Part shown: positions 27,562-32,000 of the stretch, piece by piece
Position numbering within the stretch: the stretch's first letter is position 1
Layout: every line of letters starts with the position of its first letter
From: Candidatus Electronema halotolerans
GTDB taxonomy: Bacteria > Desulfobacterota > Desulfobulbia > Desulfobulbales > Desulfobulbaceae
Reading direction: 5' to 3'
Assembly: GCA_942493095.1 (NCBI GenBank)
Contig: OW818675.1
Coordinates: forward strand, 720,001-752,000
Length of the DNA stretch: 32,000 nucleotides
Position numbers and translations under genes: made by a program
Notes under the pieces: model-generated
What the model was told of the DNA's origin: nothing
The model's input: only the letters and a program-made list of their open reading frames with translations
The model's database searches: none

Positions 27562-29181
27562 TCACAGCATTCTTCCTTCTGCCCAGACCGCCAGCTTTTC
27601 CCGGAAAATTTTGGCATTGTGGCGGATATCCACAGGAAATGCCGGGTGGATCAGGAACGTCTCAAGCGCAGCGGTCAGCGGATTGGCCAAAGCGAGCTGG
27701 CGCAGTTCGCTGAAGAGCAGCCGCTCGTCCGCTGTCTTTTCGTGCAGTTCGACAACAAGAACTGGCTGCTGCGCGCCCGGCTGGCCAATGCCAACCAAGG
27801 CGGAGCGGAAAACCTGCGGATGCTGGTTGAAGATGGCCTCGCAGCAGACGCTGTAGAGCGGCCCGTCCGCAGTCAGCACTCGGTGCGCCTTGCGCCCGCA
27901 GAACCAGAGCCTGCCCTGCTGATCAAGACAGCCCATGTCACCCATCCGATGCCAGAAGCCGCCATTGGCATCCGGCACTTTTGCCAACACAGTTTCCCGT
28001 TCATTCTGATCATAAGCCCGTGTCACCACCGGCCCTTTGACCGCAATTTCGCCAATGCTTTCCGGCGGCAGCAGCTCGGCCTCGCGCCAGTCTGCCATCG
28101 GGCCGTCAACCGGCTTGATGATGGCAATGGTCATGCCGGGCAGCGGGCGGCCCACGCAGGTGCCTTTGCCAAGGCGGGTCTGCGGCCACGTCTGGCTGAG
28201 AATCTCCTTGCCAGTGATCGAAGCTGAGGGCAGACTTTCAGTTGCGCCGTAGGGTGTATAGACGGTGCCGTCTGGGGGCATGATGCGCTGCACCCGCTCG
28301 ATCAGCTCGCCCGGCACTGGCGCGCCTGCCATGAGAATCTTGCGCACTGGCAGGGTGATCTTGTGCTCGATGCAGTAGCGGCTGACCACATTCCAAATCG
28401 CGGGCGAGCCAAAGGAGTACGTGACTTGCCAGTCCTGAATCGAGCGGATGAACTTGGCCGGGTCAACCTGCGCAGGCCGGGTCGGGTCCATGTCCGGGAT
28501 CACTGCTGCCGCGCCAAGGGCAGCGGCAAAGAGGCCGAAGAGCGGAAAGCCGGGCTGGTCAATATCGCTAGGGCCGATGCCGTAATAGTCGCGAATCAGC
28601 TGGAGTTGATGAAAGAAAATGCCGTGCGTGTATTGCACACCCTTGGGCGGCCCGGTCGAGCCGGTGGTGAAAATAATGGCGGCCAGCTCATCCTCAGCGG
28701 TTTGCACTGCGGTAAAGTCTGGATCCGGGCTGACCGACGCAAGGCTGTTTCCGAGCAGGCCGCCAAGGGATGGGCCGATGCAGATGCGGCGGCGGACAGT
28801 CTGGAAGGGTTTGCGGAAGAGACGGGCGACAAGCTGCACCGGCGGAATGGCGATCAGCACGGCTGGCTTGACTGCGCCAATGCAGCGGAGCAGGTTCTTG
28901 TAGCCCATGCCCGGATCAATCAAAATCACCACTGCGCCAAGCTGGAACAAAGCAAAGCTCAGGCTGATGAAGTTAAGCGAAGGCCGCACCATGAGCATGA
29001 CCCGGTCGCCACGCCGCACCCCTTGCGCTTGCAGGGCATTGGCATGACGGCAGCTTGCAGCCAGCAGCTCGCGGAAGCTCCATTGCTGGTACTGGCCGTT
29101 TTTGCCGGTGACAAGGGCGAGGGCATCGCCCCGCGCTGCGGCAGCCTCATGCAGGGCCGCGCCGATGTTGCAGTTGGTCAT
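27562..29181 (-). CDS. AMP-dependent synthetase/ligase, fatty-acid CoA ligase family, OleC-like (beta-lactone synthetase)
   Basis: MTNCNIGAALHEAAAARGDALAL, VMLMVRPSLNFISLSFALFQLGAVVILIDPGMGYKNLLRCI, AIIFTTGSTGPPKGVQYTHGIFFHQLQLIRDYYGI, TPYGATESLPSASITGKEIL, HRMGDMGCLDQQGRLWFCGRKAHRV. The GMG..NLL pattern is typical of OleC-like ligases. Confidence 0.85.
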   Translation of the reverse strand: MTNCNIGAALHEAAAARGDALALVTGKNGQYQQWSFRELLAASCRHANALQAQGVRRGDRVMLMVRPSLNFISLSFALFQLGAVVILIDPGMGYKNLLRCIGAVKPAVLIAIPPVQLVARLFRKPFQTVRRRICIGPSLGGLLGNSLASVSPDPDFTAVQTAEDELAAIIFTTGSTGPPKGVQYTHGIFFHQLQLIRDYYGIGPSDIDQPGFPLFGLFAAALGAAAVIPDMDPTRPAQVDPAKFIRSIQDWQVTYSFGSPAIWNVVSRYCIEHKITLPVRKILMAGAPVPGELIERVQRIMPPDGTVYTPYGATESLPSASITGKEILSQTWPQTRLGKGTCVGRPLPGMTIAIIKPVDGPMADWREAELLPPESIGEIAVKGPVVTRAYDQNERETVLAKVPDANGGFWHRMGDMGCLDQQGRLWFCGRKAHRVLTADGPLYSVCCEAIFNQHPQVFRSALVGIGQPGAQQPVLVVELHEKTADERLLFSELRQLALANPLTAALETFLIHPAFPVDIRHNAKIFREKLAVWAEGRML

Positions 29182-29210
29182 AAATAATCTGTAACTACTC
29201 AGCCTGACAA

Positions 29211-29245
29211 AAAAGGCCGTTTTCAGAAGTGCTGAAGACGGCCTT
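29211..29245 (-). terminator. Rho-independent terminator of the IS66 transposase, located inside the IS end facing the oleC-like gene
   Basis: AAGGCCGT t TTCAG aagtg CTGAA g ACGGCCTT hairpin. On the minus strand it is followed by a T-run (TTTTTTGTCAGG). Confidence 0.75.
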
Positions 29246-29254
29246 ACTCGTTTT

Positions 29255-30728
29255 TTATACTGCGGAATCGGGGATAAAAGGACTTCCAAGGAAAGCATCT
29301 TTGATCGCTTCAAAAATGTTTCTTGAATTTTTACGGACCGTGGAGATATATCCCCGGATACAGGCGAATCGTTCTGCCCCCTCAAGTGTTCGGAAGCAGC
29401 CGGAAACCTTCTGCTTGACCTTGATCATCCGCACATCTCTTTCCGCCGCGTTGTTGTCGAACGGAACCCGGAAATCATACATGAATGCGAGGGTCTCCGC
29501 CCTGTAATCACGCATCCGTGTCAGCAAATTGAGCGGCGGAGTCTTCTTCGCCCGTCCTCGTTTTTTCTCCTTAGGCGGAGTGAACGGATTGTCGGCAAAA
29601 CCCCGTCGGACGATTTCATCATACCGCCGCTCAAATTCTTCGATCTTCTCCGGCGCGAAGCCGTCCCGATCCGGCTTCAGCTTTTCAGCCGCGCCTTTTA
29701 TTTCAAGCAACAGCTCGGCCATCTCGCCGGCCCAAACTTGTCCATACTGTTTTTCTATGAACTTGAGTTCCCGGAGATGATGCGCATTGCACAGCGCATG
29801 ACCGCAGTTTTCATAGCTGAAGTACGATTTCCAATGATCATGCGTCGCTGTTCCTGTGAACTTTCCAAGGATTCCCGCTGCGTCCATCGCCTCTTTTCCC
29901 CGTTTTTCATGCACCGAATAATGGGTGAGGCAGTTCTGTCGAAGCGACATGCAGCCAGTGCAGCTTCCCTTTCACGCGGACTCCGCTTTCATCGGCATGT
30001 AACACATCGGTATTCATGAGCAGTTTTTCGACTGCTTCCGTTGAAGGACGCACGCATCCGCAAAGCTCTTCCGATGCCTTCAGCAGCGAACCCTCGGAGA
30101 CGGAATGCCCGGTCAGGTCTTCGATAATCTGCGCAGCCCGTTCAAGCGGAATATGATGCTGGTTCGCGAAATATGCCGCCCAAGTTTTCACCCCCGTGCC
30201 GTAACGGATGCCCTGTCCGACGTTTTCCGGGAATTTGCCTCTGTTTTCCGTGCCGCAGCCGGGACAGATTTTTATTTCCGCTCGATGCGAGGTCACTTCA
30301 ATCCGAATCGCCGGAATATCATAAACCTGCCGTTCCTCCTCTCCGACAGCGACGACATCCGCAAGCGACATTTTGCAAGCCGCGCATTCCTCGGGTTTAT
30401 ACCTCTCCGTAGAATCCGGTGCCGCAGACCGCTCAAGAGTATGCCCTTGATGACCTGGCTGGCCGCCGTTCGGCTTCCTGCCGGACTCTCTCAGACTTTC
30501 CGTTCGCTTCGCTTTACCGTATCCATCGCTCGAAGGCGGTTTCCCGCTGTTCCGACTGTTTTTCGACAGCCGGGCCTGCAAATCCTTCAATATCTCGGAC
30601 TGCTTGGCTGACTGAGCGGCGAGGTTTTCAACCTGCGCAGTTATACTGCTAAACAGGGCGACGACCGCTTCTTCGCCTTCTGCGTATGCAGCACGGACTT
30701 CTTTTTCACTAGGAACACTGAAATTCAT
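29255..30728 (-). pseudogene. IS66 family transposase, frameshifted (copy A)
   Basis: N-terminal part (MNFSVPSEKEVRAAYAEG...VRVKGKLHWLHVAST) and C-terminal part (LTHYSVHEKRGKEAMDAAG...FDNNAAERDVRMIKVKQKVSGCFRTLEGAERFACIRGYISTVRKNSRNIFEA) are in different frames. CAGTTCTG at about 29932-29939 corresponds to CAGTCTG in copy B, a 1-nt insertion. Confidence 0.9.
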
Positions 30729-30788
30729 AACGGCAGCATAATCTTTACCTGTTGATTTTGTCAAGAGGCTTGGCGGATGCCTGAGTAG

Positions 30789-31985
30789 TTACGGCGGAGT
30801 CTTCTTCACCCGTCCTCGTTTTTTCTCCTTAGGCGGAGTGAACGGATTGTCCGCAAAACCCCGTCGGACGATTTCATCATACCGCCGCTCAAATTCTTCG
30901 ATCTTCTCCGGCGTGAAGCCGTCCCGATCCGGCTTCAGCTTTTCAGCCGCGCCTTTTATTTCAAGCAGCAGCTCGGCCATCTCGCCGGCCCAAACTTGTC
31001 CGTACTGTTTTTCTATGAACTTGAGTTCCCGGAGATGATGCGCATTGCACAGCGCATGACCGCAGTTTTCATAGCTGAAGTACGATTTCCAATGATCATG
31101 CGTCGCTGTTCCTGTGAACTTTCCAAGGATTCCCGCTGCGTCCATCGCCTCTTTTCCCCGTTTTTCATGCACCGAATAATGGGTGAGGCAGTCTGTCGAA
31201 GCGACATGCAGCCAGTGCAGCTTCCCTTTCACGCGGACTCCGCTTTCATCGGCATGTAACACATCGGTATTCATGAGCAGTTTTTCGACTGCTTCCGTTG
31301 AAGGACGCACGCATCCGCAAAGCTCTTCCGATGCCTTCAGCAGCGAACCCTCGGAGACGGAATGCCCGGTCAGGTCTTCGATAATCTGCGCAGCCCGTTC
31401 AAGCGGAATATGATGCTGGTTCGCGAAATATGCCGCCCAAGTTTTCACCCCCGTGCCGTAACGGATGCCCTGTCCGACGTTTTCCGGGAATTTGCCTCTG
31501 TTTTCCGTGCCGCAGCCGGGACAGATTTTTATTTCCGCTCGATGCGAGGTCACTTCAATCCGAATCGCCGGAATATCATAAACCTGCCGTTCCTCCTCTC
31601 CGACAGCGACGACATCCGCAAGCGACATTTTGCAAGCCGCGCATTCCTCGGATTTATACCTCTCCGTAGAATCCGGCGCCGCAGACCGCTCAAGAGTATG
31701 CCCTTGATGACCTGGCTGGCCGCCGTTCGGCTTCCTGCCGGACTCTCTCAGACTTTCCGTTCGCTTCGCTTTACCGTATCCATCGCTCGAAGGCGGTTTC
31801 CCGCTGTTCCGACTGTTTTTCGACAGCCGGGCCTGCAAATCCTTCAATATCTCGGACTGCTTGGCTGACTGAGCGGCGAGGTTTTCAACCTGCGCAGTTA
31901 TACTGCTAAACAGGGCGACGACCGCTTCTTCGCCTTCTGCGTATGCAGCACGGACTTCTTTTTCACTAGGAACACTGAAATTCAT
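30789..31985 (-). pseudogene. IS66 family transposase, C-terminally truncated (copy B)
   Basis: Reads through HVASTDCLTHYSVHEKRG without a frameshift but stops after EKKRGRVKKTPP. It lacks the LNLLTRMRDYRAETLAFMYDFRVPFDNNAAERDVRM... segment present in copy A. Confidence 0.85.
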
Positions 31986-32000
31986 AACGGCAGCATAATC
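30792..32000 (-). mobile_element. IS66-family insertion sequence, copy B, truncated at the transposase C-terminal end and running off the window
   Basis: Near-identical to copy A from the position equivalent to 29534. The first ~343 bp of the element (C-terminal coding end and TIR) are absent. Confidence 0.85.

Larger units (their letters stand above)
29191..30792. mobile_element. IS66-family insertion sequence, copy A (complete by its ends, about 1.6 kb)
   Basis: Terminal inverted repeats GTAACTACTCAG (29191-29202) and CTGAGTAGTTAC (30781-30792), enclosing IS66-type transposase sequence. Confidence 0.85.

Noticed and set aside
30838-31868. Several plus-strand ORFs inside the IS66 copies
   Set aside because: Duplicated antisense shadows of the transposase; they appear in both copies for that reason only.

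Overview
This 32 kb window looks like a mostly chromosomal, GC-rich segment. The gene content (futalosine pathway, anaerobic-type cobalamin genes, probable split-Soret cytochrome c) suggests a Desulfobacterota-type anaerobe, which is inference only. From left to right it carries: (1) a response regulator with DUF4388-like and roadblock-like regions; (2) a minus-strand block running MoxR ATPase, DUF58, a small membrane protein, VWA, mqnC, a YdcF/DUF218-like protein and an amidohydrolase that is a candidate aminofutalosine deaminase; (3) a plus-strand pair of a Sel1-repeat protein and a secreted/anchored caspase-like domain fused to a formylglycine-generating-enzyme (FGE) domain; (4) two short lipoproteins, one built from eight near-identical repeat units of 63 bp (one spacing 93 bp); (5) gmhB; (6) an AT-rich orphan island bounded by a perfect 50-bp direct repeat of the leuC leader, with a palindrome cluster; (7) leuC-leuD; (8) tRNA-His and a terminator; (9) an MDR alcohol dehydrogenase; (10) a four-gene chain with three consecutive ATGA start/stop overlaps: DUF2806, cbiA, a triple-SBP hybrid histidine kinase and cbiC; (11) a Tat-exported split-Soret-like cytochrome; (12) tRNA-Gln; (13) an OleC-like ligase whose start codon lies 9 bp from an IS66-family element; (14) two adjacent IS66 copies, one complete but frameshifted and one truncated. 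I could not prove any new system. The most promising loci are the caspase-FGE/Sel1/lipoprotein cluster, the kinase embedded in the cobalamin gene chain, and the duplicated leuC leader around the orphan island.
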